This document shows positions 50,416 to 59,348 of a stretch of DNA of 64,000 nt, piece after piece. The translations under genes and the position numbers were made by a program. The DNA comes from an uncultured delta proteobacterium (GTDB lineage Bacteria > Desulfobacterota > Desulfobacteria > Desulfobacterales > QNYZ01). The stretch spans positions 1,216,001 through 1,280,000 of the forward strand of contig CAWJQU010000005.1 in NCBI GenBank assembly GCA_963845145.1, given 5' to 3'. Every line of letters begins with the position of its first letter. The stretch's first letter is position 1. The notes beneath the pieces are model-generated. The model was not told where the DNA came from and did no database searches. It saw only the letters and a program-made list of their open reading frames with translations.

Positions 50416-51132
50416 TCAAGCCTTCTCATCTATTGCCTGATCTATTATCAGGTCATTGACCACTTTTCCATCCTCTAAGGAAATGATGCGGTTTAGGTAA
50501 CTCACCACTTTCTCGTCATGGGTTGCAAAAATAAAAGTGGTTTTTAGATTTTTGTTTAATGACTTCATTGTTTGCAGGATGTGGTGTGAATTTTTAGCAT
50601 CGAGGTTCGCCGTGGGTTCATCGGCTAAAACGATTTTCGGTTTTTTTACCATGGCCCTGGCAATAGCCACCCGCTGACACTCTCCCCCGGATAGCTGGGC
50701 CGGGCGCGAGTTGACCTTGTCCGAAAGCCCTACCCAATTAAGTGCATCGAGGACGGCTTTTTGTCGGGTGGCCGCTGGAAGCTTGAGGAGGAGGAGGGGA
50801 AATTCGATATTCTCGAATACCGAGTACACCGGCAATAAATTATAGGTTTGGAAAATAAATCCGAGGTGCTGGTTACGCAGCCAAGCGGCCTTTTTTTGGG
50901 ATAATTCGGCGATAGAATGTCCCAAAACATTGGCGACCCCTTCAGTGGGGGCATCCAGTGATCCGATAATATTTAAAAGGGTGGTTTTGCCGGACCCGCT
51001 GGGGCCGACAATTCCAGTGAACTCACCTTTTTCAAAAGTTAGATCGACCTTGTTAAGGGCAGTAAACATGCCATCGCCCATGGGAAACTTTTTTATAAGC
51101 CCTTTGATGGAAATTATTGTACCATTGTTCAT
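50416..51132 (-). CDS. ABC transporter ATP-binding protein (LolD/MacB-like)
   Basis: GPSGSGKTT, GFIFQ.YNL, LSGGECQRVAIARA, ADEPTANLD, ATHD. Confidence 0.93.
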   Translation of the reverse strand: MNNGTIISIKGLIKKFPMGDGMFTALNKVDLTFEKGEFTGIVGPSGSGKTTLLNIIGSLDAPTEGVANVLGHSIAELSQKKAAWLRNQHLGFIFQTYNLLPVYSVFENIEFPLLLLKLPAATRQKAVLDALNWVGLSDKVNSRPAQLSGGECQRVAIARAMVKKPKIVLADEPTANLDAKNSHHILQTMKSLNKNLKTTFIFATHDEKVVSYLNRIISLEDGKVVNDLIIDQAIDEKA

Positions 51133-51203
51133 GTTATCACCATTTACATGTAGACAGACGATTTTGTGTCTATCCAGAGATGCCATTTATAAGTGGACAC
51201 TTT

Positions 51204-52391
51204 TCAGTGGTTATACACAACCATAATCCTCACCCCATTACCGTTGATCTCCGGGCGTTCATTATTTTCTCCAAAAAGTTGAACTTCAGACGGGTTCAAG
51301 AAACCCATCAAATAAAAATTCCAGTTGTCATAGGTTCGTTGCCAGGCCGCATACCGAAACCAGCGATGCGTTTCCCAGTCAAAATTCAAAATGGTGGAAA
51401 TACGATCGATCAACCCGAGCGGGTAACTGATCGACAGGGCTGAAATGGTCGATTTTTTACCGGTGCCAAGGGGTTTTTCTGTGGCAGCCGCCACAAGGTG
51501 TTCGACAATCACATTCACACCATTGCCCCAATCGAAAGTATAGTCCACACCGATATTGAGAAACCGGCGATAGGGTGCGTTAAGTGTGTCGGAATCCTGG
51601 TGTATCAATACGCCTTCGAACCAGAACCCCACACCCATGTCCCATTTTCCATCAATACCGACCCTGTTTTCAGGAACCGATGTGGAAGAGGGGCGTGGGC
51701 TCCCATCCTGGTCACCCTCGACCAGGGCCTTGCGGTGATGAAAGGAAAAGGCGAGTTCGCCGGTGGATAGAGGCGTTTGAATTCGTCCGCCGAATTCGGG
51801 ATGATCGTCATCCGTAATATCGGTTTCCCAGCCTTTGGTTTCATCATTGCCGTACAGGCCCCACAACCATATATTGGCGTTGTTTAGAAAGTAGTATCGT
51901 CCCAAAACGCTGTAAACACCATCGGTAAGTTGCAGCGGGTCCCTGGGGTCGATGCGGTCAAACCACATCAGGGGTCGCAGCAGCGTGGCAGATCCAAAAT
52001 TGATTTTCTGTAAACCGGCTCTTAGTTCGAGTTGAGCGGTGGCACTTCGCAGCCAGGCCCGATAAGGTTTCAATTTTCCATGGTATTCCCCGGATTCCGG
52101 GGTATCAAACCGGCCGGTTTCATAAGCATTGATCGACATTTCCGAATCTATACGTATCGCTTCCGTCAACTGTTGTTCAAAGGTCAACGCGGGAATGTAT
52201 CGAAGGCCCACGGATATTTCATCGTCTCTGTCGGGTTCGAAGGTTACCCAGCCTGCGAGTTCACCGTGAAATTCATAGGTGAATCCAAAGGCGCCATTGG
52301 GACAGGCTCCGACCAATATAATAGCGATCGGGACAATGGCGAACAGGCAGCACGCGAAATTCTGAAGCGGTTGCTTTTTAATCCTTTTCAT
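51204..52391 (-). CDS. Hypothetical exported protein, probable outer-membrane beta-barrel
   Basis: Signal peptide; RAGLQKINFG, DPRDP..LTDGV; alternating beta-strand pattern with aromatic C-terminus. Confidence 0.6.
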   Translation of the reverse strand: MKRIKKQPLQNFACCLFAIVPIAIILVGACPNGAFGFTYEFHGELAGWVTFEPDRDDEISVGLRYIPALTFEQQLTEAIRIDSEMSINAYETGRFDTPESGEYHGKLKPYRAWLRSATAQLELRAGLQKINFGSATLLRPLMWFDRIDPRDPLQLTDGVYSVLGRYYFLNNANIWLWGLYGNDETKGWETDITDDDHPEFGGRIQTPLSTGELAFSFHHRKALVEGDQDGSPRPSSTSVPENRVGIDGKWDMGVGFWFEGVLIHQDSDTLNAPYRRFLNIGVDYTFDWGNGVNVIVEHLVAAATEKPLGTGKKSTISALSISYPLGLIDRISTILNFDWETHRWFRYAAWQRTYDNWNFYLMGFLNPSEVQLFGENNERPEINGNGVRIMVVYNH

Positions 52392-52959
52392 CTCTCGGTA
52401 ATACCCCGTAAAAGAAAAATCGAGTCAGCTCCATGATGAGTGCCTGGGGGGAGCCATAGAGGTTAGAAAGCGATTCGTCGTTAACCATCTCCCGCATGTG
52501 ATTGAGAAAATAGAGGATAAATTCCGGCTTGATGTCTTGCCGAATGTCGCCATGTTTCTGGGCTTTAATATAATCTAAAAGAATGAGTTGAGCGGTTTCC
52601 TTTATTTTTTGATCGATGTGGGTTTTTAATTCGGGCGCGGCATTCTTGTTAATGTCCAGGTAAAATTCTTGACTTAGCGCGTTCGTCTGCTCCATTTTCA
52701 TCTGGATGCTTTGATTCACTTTTTCTGGGAAAGACACATCTTGGGCCATGATTGAATGATATTGGGCCATGCGTTTCTCGGTCATCACATCGATAATATG
52801 CTTGACCAGGTCAATCTTGTTTTTAAAATTTTTATAAAAGGTCATTTTACTGACCCGCGCTTCCCGGCAGATTTCTTCGACGGATACGCGCCGTATGCCG
52901 AACTTCCAAAACAATGAGAGTCCGGTTTCAATAATCTGCAGGCGTTTCATGTTTTTCAT
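52378..52959 (-). CDS. TetR/AcrR family transcriptional regulator
   Basis: LFWKFGIRRVSVEEICREA.VSKMTFYKNFKNK. Confidence 0.9.
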   Translation of the reverse strand: MKNMKRLQIIETGLSLFWKFGIRRVSVEEICREARVSKMTFYKNFKNKIDLVKHIIDVMTEKRMAQYHSIMAQDVSFPEKVNQSIQMKMEQTNALSQEFYLDINKNAAPELKTHIDQKIKETAQLILLDYIKAQKHGDIRQDIKPEFILYFLNHMREMVNDESLSNLYGSPQALIMELTRFFFYGVLPRDEKD

Positions 52960-53130
52960 TAGGGCTCCACAATGACGTGAAAATATACGGTTTATGCGAT
53001 TTTTTACTTTAAACGTATAATACACATATAATCGTAAATTTCAAGATAAATGTAAATTTAAGTTGATTGTACCCTAAATACTATCTAACGTTTAAATGAT
53101 TCTATATGGGCCAACAGAGGGAAACGATAT

Positions 53131-53544
53131 ATGGGAAACCATCAGATTTTCACAACGGATATTCATCTTCGCTTTCGTGACCTTGATGCTATGGGACACG
53201 TCAACAATGCGGTCTATTTCTCTTTTTTCGAACACGGCCGATTAAAATTTCTCTATTCGGAAGACCAAAAGGATAAGTTTCCCAACATGACCTTTATTCT
53301 GGCGCATGCCAGTTGCGACTATCTGGTTCCGATTACCCTTGAATGTGATCCGGTGCTGCACTTGTGGGTGAAAAAAATTGGCGGTAAAAGCTTTACCTTC
53401 AAATACCGGCTGGTTGAAAGAGACAACAAAGATCGCATATATGCGACCGGAGAATCTGTGCAGGTTTACTTTGACTATCAGGAAAATAGATCAATTCCCA
53501 CACCGGATGCTATTTGTAAGCAGCTTGAAGTATTCCTGGAGTAG
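53131..53544 (+). CDS. Acyl-CoA thioesterase (4HBT/YbgC-like)
   Basis: RFRDLDAMGHVNNAVYFSFFE.GR. Confidence 0.9.
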   Translation: MGNHQIFTTDIHLRFRDLDAMGHVNNAVYFSFFEHGRLKFLYSEDQKDKFPNMTFILAHASCDYLVPITLECDPVLHLWVKKIGGKSFTFKYRLVERDNKDRIYATGESVQVYFDYQENRSIPTPDAICKQLEVFLE

Positions 53545-53659
53545 GTTTATGGTATTGTTTTTACCAATGAATTCTTGACCTGAAACGTCCTTAAAAAACA
53601 GATATTGGTTTCTTAAGAAAAATGTGCACACCTAATCCTATAATGTATCGGAGGTAGAA

Positions 53660-54121
53660 ATGAAAAAAACCCATTTAATTTTAGTGGCTATATTCGGTCT
53701 TTGTGTGCTTTCTGCAGCAGCTCTGGCTAATCAGGGCCCAGAACTGTTAAACGGCGTCTGGCTGACCGAAGAGAAGACGGCGGCCATTGAAATCAGTCAT
53801 TCCAATAACATTTGGAATGGTCAGATCGTCTGGCTGAAAGAGCCGATTGAAAAAGATGAGAGTTCGCCTGCCTACGGTAGTGAGAAAGTTGATTTCAAAA
53901 ACCCGGATGAATCCAAACAATCAAGAAAATTAATGGGTCTCAAGATGTTAGAAAATTTCCAATGGAATGGGACGCGGTTTGAAAACGGTACGATATATGA
54001 TCCGAAATCTGGAAAAACGTATAAGTGTAAGATTACCTTCAAAGGGAATGATACCATTAAGGTGCGCGGGTATGTCGGGGTTTCGCTATTGGGTAAAACC
54101 CAGATCTGGACGAGGAAGTAA
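53660..54121 (+). CDS. DUF2147 domain exported protein
   Basis: G.W.TE, GQIVWL, D.KNPD, GTIYDPKSGKTY, VRGYVG.SLLGKTQ.W.R. Confidence 0.88.
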   Translation: MKKTHLILVAIFGLCVLSAAALANQGPELLNGVWLTEEKTAAIEISHSNNIWNGQIVWLKEPIEKDESSPAYGSEKVDFKNPDESKQSRKLMGLKMLENFQWNGTRFENGTIYDPKSGKTYKCKITFKGNDTIKVRGYVGVSLLGKTQIWTRK

Positions 54122-54176
54122 TCGTATTTAGAGCAATCTTTTGCGCGGATGGTTGAATAAACTTAAAGGTCTACAA

Positions 54177-54245
54177 ATGGAAGTAATCAGGGGCACAAGC
54201 AATCAAATTCTGGAAGTCGACTTAAGCCTTGGAAGATTTTACTGA
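54177..54245 (+). pseudogene. 22-codon N-terminal stub resembling an aldehyde:ferredoxin oxidoreductase
   Basis: MEVIRGTSNQILEVDLSLGRFY* matches the G...kiL.VDLs AOR N-terminal pattern. Confidence 0.5.
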
Positions 54246-54295
54246 CACGCCTCATGCATGCACATGGCGAGCAAGTCATTAGAGGTTTTAAACGA

Positions 54296-55390
54296 TTATT
54301 GCGATAGTGTCTGATACGTTCTATCCGGGGAACTATGATTTGGCTTTTTGTGAAAAATCCCAGGAGATGCGTTTAAATGGTCAAGGTATTGATTCTTAAT
54401 TTTATAAATTTGTAGTGGTTTGCTGATCCCCTTAACGCTAACCGGCGCCAGAGGTTTCATTTCGATATGCCGGTTAAGCCCTTCTCTTGTTACATCACTG
54501 ATCAGGATATCTGTTTTGTAATCCTTGTTGAGGCCTTCGATTCGGGAAGTGATGTTCATTGTTTTTCCTATCATGGTGTAAGAAAACCGTTGGGGGCTGC
54601 CGATATTGGCGGCGACCACCTTGCCGGTATGGAGTCCGATGCCGTGGTGGAGTGCCGGGTATCCCTGGTTGATAAGATCCAAATTCACCCGGGACAATCG
54701 CGCTCTCATTTCCAGGGCAGCATCCATAGCGCATTGTTGATGGTTTTCAAGTGCCACCGGGGCGCCGAACACGGCCTGAATTTCGTCACCGACAAACTGA
54801 AGAATCAGGCCATGGTGGGATGTAATGGCCTCGGACATTGACTTGAAATAGGTGTTGATGACTGTGACGATCTCTTGCGGAGATATAGTTTCAGCCAGTT
54901 TGGTAAAATCCCTGAGGTCTGAAAACAGCACGGTCACCTCTTTGAGTTCCCCTTTGAGGGTCACGCGTCCGCTAAGGATTTCGTCGCGAACCTCCCTGGA
55001 AACATATTGCCCGAAGGTATCATTTAAAAAATCACGCTCCTTCTGTTGGCGGCGCTGGCGATCCACCATCCATCCGGTAAGCACCGCCATGAGGTTGAAC
55101 CCGGCCACTTGAAGCCCCACGAGCAGGAGCGATGTGGTTTGGACATCGGCATTGTGGGTGAAAAAATGGGCATATACGATGCTTGCGGTAACAGAAACGA
55201 AAAGAGCAGCTTTAAGGCCGAACCACAGGCCGGCCAGTACGATGGGAAAGAAAAAGAGTTCCCGGTGAAAAATATGGGTCCCCATAAACCCGGCGATAGG
55301 CAGATGGTGGATCACCGCCACACCCGTCAACAGAGTGATGACGATGCTCATTTTTATGAGGTTCAGGTTCATAGGGGTGGGCATCTTCAT
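54296..55390 (-). CDS. Class III adenylate/guanylate cyclase with a His-bearing multi-TM sensor domain
   Basis: TFGQYVS.EV, VTVLFSDLRDFT, QFVGDEI.AVFGAP, GIGLHTG.VVA.NIGS, N.TSRIEGLNK; start uncertain (ORF track 55483). Confidence 0.88.
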   Translation of the reverse strand: MKMPTPMNLNLIKMSIVITLLTGVAVIHHLPIAGFMGTHIFHRELFFFPIVLAGLWFGLKAALFVSVTASIVYAHFFTHNADVQTTSLLLVGLQVAGFNLMAVLTGWMVDRQRRQQKERDFLNDTFGQYVSREVRDEILSGRVTLKGELKEVTVLFSDLRDFTKLAETISPQEIVTVINTYFKSMSEAITSHHGLILQFVGDEIQAVFGAPVALENHQQCAMDAALEMRARLSRVNLDLINQGYPALHHGIGLHTGKVVAANIGSPQRFSYTMIGKTMNITSRIEGLNKDYKTDILISDVTREGLNRHIEMKPLAPVSVKGISKPLQIYKIKNQYLDHLNASPGIFHKKPNHSSPDRTYQTLSQ

Positions 55391-55558
55391 GGATGGCCCT
55401 TTCCGAGTGTTGTGATATCCGCAAGACCCGCCCGGGAATTGGTGCACCTGGCGGGTCATGAAATGGTCGGCGTTCATTGGCATGTGAATATTTGTTATTT
55501 ACGTTCAAACTGAGGTGGCGCCCATCGATTTCAGGCAAAAAGCCGTCGGTGGATACTA

Positions 55559-56041
55559 TTACATATGATGATACCAGAACTTAAACGTCTGCTTCTTATC
55601 CAGGTTTTTCAGCAGGCATATGACGCCATACTTTCCTGGCTCCTTGAAGGTGAAGTTGGCGGCCAAGACCCCGCTATAATTTTTCAGGGAACTGACCTGT
55701 TCCGCCTTGTCCGGGGCGATTACTTTAATTTTACCTACTGCCTCCTTGATGGGCATACCCCCATCGGTTGCCTTGAGATTGACCATGATGTGGTGAGTTT
55801 CTCCCTTATCCGAAGTCATGTTCATACTGTCCAGGCTCATCACCTGGAATTCCGCATCGATGCCCCCTTCTGAGGCTGTGTGTTTAAAGGTGCCGCCCAT
55901 ACCGGTGTGGTCCATCTTCTTGTCGGACTTCATGTCGTGTCCGCTGCCGGAACTGTGATCGCCGTGCTTCTGTGCGGCAATAGCCTGAAAGGCAACCAGG
56001 GTGAAAATAACTGCAGCAATGAGAAGTGTCCATTTTTTCAT
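55559..56041 (-). CDS. Periplasmic His/Met-rich putative metal-binding protein
   Basis: Signal peptide; HGDHSSGSGHDMKSDKKMDHTGM, THHIMV; directly downstream of cusA. Confidence 0.7.
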   Translation of the reverse strand: MKKWTLLIAAVIFTLVAFQAIAAQKHGDHSSGSGHDMKSDKKMDHTGMGGTFKHTASEGGIDAEFQVMSLDSMNMTSDKGETHHIMVNLKATDGGMPIKEAVGKIKVIAPDKAEQVSSLKNYSGVLAANFTFKEPGKYGVICLLKNLDKKQTFKFWYHHM

Positions 56042-56231
56042 GATAATTCCTCCAGTGTTGAATTGATACCGCCAGTTTGGTGGCGGTTAAAAAAAACAAT
56101 TTATATGGATTTTCCTGCGATAAAATCGCGTTAAACTTACTTACGTATCTTACGGTGATAAAAAAGCCATTAAACGCCTCCTTGCGGCGGGAATCCGTTC
56201 CCGCATAAGAGTTTAACAGTGTGTCCTCATT

Positions 56232-59200
56232 TTATTCGTCATTTCCATCCGGCAACCGCCACCCCTTCCAGATCCCATAAATAACGGGCACGACGATCAA
56301 GGTAAGGATCGTTGCGCTGACCATACCGCCGATCATGGGGGCGGCGATGCGCTTCATCACCTGGGAACCGGAGCCATGGCTCCACATGATCGGCGCCAGA
56401 CCTGCCATGATGGCCACCACAGTCATCATCTTGGGCCGCACCCGCAGGGCTGCGCCCTCTTCGATGGCTGTGTTGAGATGGCGCCGGTTGAACCGGTTTC
56501 CATGTTTTTCCTTGAACTTGCGGTAAGAAATATCGAGATAGATCAGCATGACTACCCCGGTTTCAGCGGCCACTCCGGCCAGGGCGATAAATCCCACGCC
56601 CACAGCCACGCTCATGTTGTATCCCAGCAGGTACATCAGCCAGAAGCCGCCGGTCAGGGAAAAGGGCACACTTAGCATCACCAGCAGGCTTTCGGTTATA
56701 TTCTTGAAGTTGAAATAGAGCAGCAGGAAGATGAGCAGCAGGGTCATCGGCACCACGATCATCAGGCGCTTCTGGGCCCGGATCATGTATTCGTATTGTC
56801 CGCTCCACACCAGGCTGTAGCCGGGCGGCAGATCGATTTTTTCCTCGACGGTTTTCTGTGCAGCCTTGACATACGTTCCCACGTCGATACCTGTGATGTC
56901 TACGTACACATAGGCGCTGTTGCGGGCGTTCTCACTCTTGACCACCGGCGGTCCCTTGACAATGCGGATATCGGCCAGTTGGGCGATGGGCACATGGGCA
57001 CCGGTGGGCGTGGGCACCAGGATCCGGCGCAGTTTTTCCGGCGTGTCCCGCAGTTCACTGCCGTAGCGCAAGTTCACCGGGTAGCGCTCCAGGCCTTCCA
57101 CGGTCTGGGTGATGTTCATACCACCCACGGCGGTCATGATGATGTCCTGGATATCCCCCACGGTGAGCCCGTAACGGGCGGCTTGGTCCCGCCGGATTTC
57201 GTAGTCCAGAAAATTACCGCCGGTTACCCTTTCTGCATAGACGCTCAGTGTTCCAGGTACGTTGCGGATGACAACTTCCACCTTTTCACCGATATCGGAA
57301 AGCACCTGGAGATCTTCGCCCATAATCTTGATCCCTACCGGGGTCTTGATACCGGTGGAGAGCATATCGATGCGGGTTTTGATGGGCATGGTCCAGGCAT
57401 TGGTCAGGCCCGGATACTGGATGGCCTTATCCAGCTCATCCACCAGCTTTTCCATGGTCATGCCCTCTCGCCATTCCGATTCCGGTTTAAGCATAATGGT
57501 GGTCTCAATCATGCTCAATGGGGCCGGATCTGTGGCGGACTCCGCCCGTCCGATTTTACCGAAGGTGTGGTGTACTTCCGGAAATGAAGCGATTATACGA
57601 TCGGTTTGTTGGAGCAGCTCCTTGGCCTTAGTGATGGAGATACCCGGCAAGGTCGTAGGCATGTACAGCAGATCGCCCTCATTCAAAGGAGGCATAAATT
57701 CCGACCCCATGCGTTTGATCGGGATCCACGTCAGGGCCAGGATCACCACCGCGAAAATCAGCACCACGGCTTTTTTCTTGAGCACTATCTTGATGATGGG
57801 GTGGTAAATCCAGATTAGAAAACGATTGACTGGGTTTTCTTTTTCGGGTTTTATTTTTCCCCGGATCAGGTAGCCCATGAGAATGGGAACAATGGTAATG
57901 GCCAAAAGGGCCGACCCCATCATGGCATAGGTCTTGGTGTAGGCCAGCGGCTTGAACAACCGTCCTTCCTGGGCTTCCAGGGTGAAGACCGGCAGAAAAC
58001 TAACGGCGATGATCAATAGCGAGAAGAACAGCGCCGGTCCTACTTCCTTAGCGGCATCGGAAATCAGCTCCCAGTGGGGCTTTTTTCCGCCGTCGTGTTC
58101 AATGTGCTTGTGGGCGTTTTCGATCATGACGATGGCACCGTCTACCATGGCGCCGATGGCGATGGCGATGCCGCCCAGACTCATGATATTGGCGTTGATC
58201 CCCTGTCGCTCCATGATAATAAAGCTGATGAACACGCCTACGGGAAGGGTAAAGATACCTACCAGAGCACTGCGGAAGTGAAAGAGAAAAACAATGCACA
58301 CGATGGCCACGATAATGCTTTCCTCGATCAGTGTGCGTTTGAGGTTATCAACGGCACGCAGGATGAGCCCGGACCGGTCATAGACCGTTTTGATACGGAC
58401 CCCTTCGGGCAGGCCGGACCGGAGTTCCTTCAACCGCTTTTTAACATTGTCGATCACCTGCAGGGCGTTCTCGCCAAAGCGCATAACGACGATACCACCC
58501 ACGACTTCACCCAGACCATTGTAGTCGGCGATGCCCCGTCTCAACTCGGGCCCTATGCTAACCGTGGCCACATTGCGCAGCAGGATGGGAACCCCCCGGT
58601 CATCCACCTTCAGCGGCACATTGTACAGGTCTTCGATGCTTTTGATATAGCCCAGCCCCCGTACCATGAACTCGGTTTCGCCCATTTCCACCAGTCGGCC
58701 GCCCACGTCACTGTTGCTACGCTTGATGGCCATACGAATTTTCTGGATAGGGATGTTGTAAGCTCGCAACTTGTTGGGGTCCACGACCACCTGGTACTGT
58801 TTGACATATCCGCCAACGGACGCCACCTCGGAGACTCCCGGTACGCTGGCCAGCTCGTAACGCAGAAACCAGTCCTGAATAGAACGCAGTTGGGCCAGGT
58901 CGTGTCGATCGCTCTCAAGGGTGTACTCGTAAACCCACCCCACACCGGTGGCGTCTGGCCCCAGGGAAGGAGAAACCCCCTGGGGCAGGCGGCTGGCCAC
59001 AAAGTTGAGGTACTCCAGTACCCTGCTGCGGGCCCAGTACAGATCGGTACCGTCCTCGAAGATAATGTAGACAAAAGAGATGCCGAAAAAGGAGTAACCC
59101 CGCACCACTTTAGCAAAAGGCACCGACAACATGGCGGTGGTCAGCGGGTAGGTAACCTGGTCCTCCACGACTTGAGGTGCTTGTCCCGGGTACTCGGTGA

Positions 59201-59348
59201 GGATGATCACCTGGACGTCGGATAAATCGGGGATGGCATCCAAGGGGGTGCGGAGGATGGCGTATATGCCGGCGGCGATAACGAACAGTGTCGCCAAAAT
59301 CACCAAAAACTTATTTTTAATAGACAGATCGATGATTTTTTCGATCAT
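56232..59348 (-). CDS. cusA: CusA/CzcA family heavy-metal RND efflux pump (Cu/Ag type)
   Basis: DAIPDLSDVQVI, PQVVEDQVTYPL, GAMVDGAIVMIEN, EFMPPLNEG, PAPLSMIET, WTMPIK.RIDM (Met metal sites). Confidence 0.95.
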   Translation of the reverse strand: MIEKIIDLSIKNKFLVILATLFVIAAGIYAILRTPLDAIPDLSDVQVIILTEYPGQAPQVVEDQVTYPLTTAMLSVPFAKVVRGYSFFGISFVYIIFEDGTDLYWARSRVLEYLNFVASRLPQGVSPSLGPDATGVGWVYEYTLESDRHDLAQLRSIQDWFLRYELASVPGVSEVASVGGYVKQYQVVVDPNKLRAYNIPIQKIRMAIKRSNSDVGGRLVEMGETEFMVRGLGYIKSIEDLYNVPLKVDDRGVPILLRNVATVSIGPELRRGIADYNGLGEVVGGIVVMRFGENALQVIDNVKKRLKELRSGLPEGVRIKTVYDRSGLILRAVDNLKRTLIEESIIVAIVCIVFLFHFRSALVGIFTLPVGVFISFIIMERQGINANIMSLGGIAIAIGAMVDGAIVMIENAHKHIEHDGGKKPHWELISDAAKEVGPALFFSLLIIAVSFLPVFTLEAQEGRLFKPLAYTKTYAMMGSALLAITIVPILMGYLIRGKIKPEKENPVNRFLIWIYHPIIKIVLKKKAVVLIFAVVILALTWIPIKRMGSEFMPPLNEGDLLYMPTTLPGISITKAKELLQQTDRIIASFPEVHHTFGKIGRAESATDPAPLSMIETTIMLKPESEWREGMTMEKLVDELDKAIQYPGLTNAWTMPIKTRIDMLSTGIKTPVGIKIMGEDLQVLSDIGEKVEVVIRNVPGTLSVYAERVTGGNFLDYEIRRDQAARYGLTVGDIQDIIMTAVGGMNITQTVEGLERYPVNLRYGSELRDTPEKLRRILVPTPTGAHVPIAQLADIRIVKGPPVVKSENARNSAYVYVDITGIDVGTYVKAAQKTVEEKIDLPPGYSLVWSGQYEYMIRAQKRLMIVVPMTLLLIFLLLYFNFKNITESLLVMLSVPFSLTGGFWLMYLLGYNMSVAVGVGFIALAGVAAETGVVMLIYLDISYRKFKEKHGNRFNRRHLNTAIEEGAALRVRPKMMTVVAIMAGLAPIMWSHGSGSQVMKRIAAPMIGGMVSATILTLIVVPVIYGIWKGWRLPDGNDE

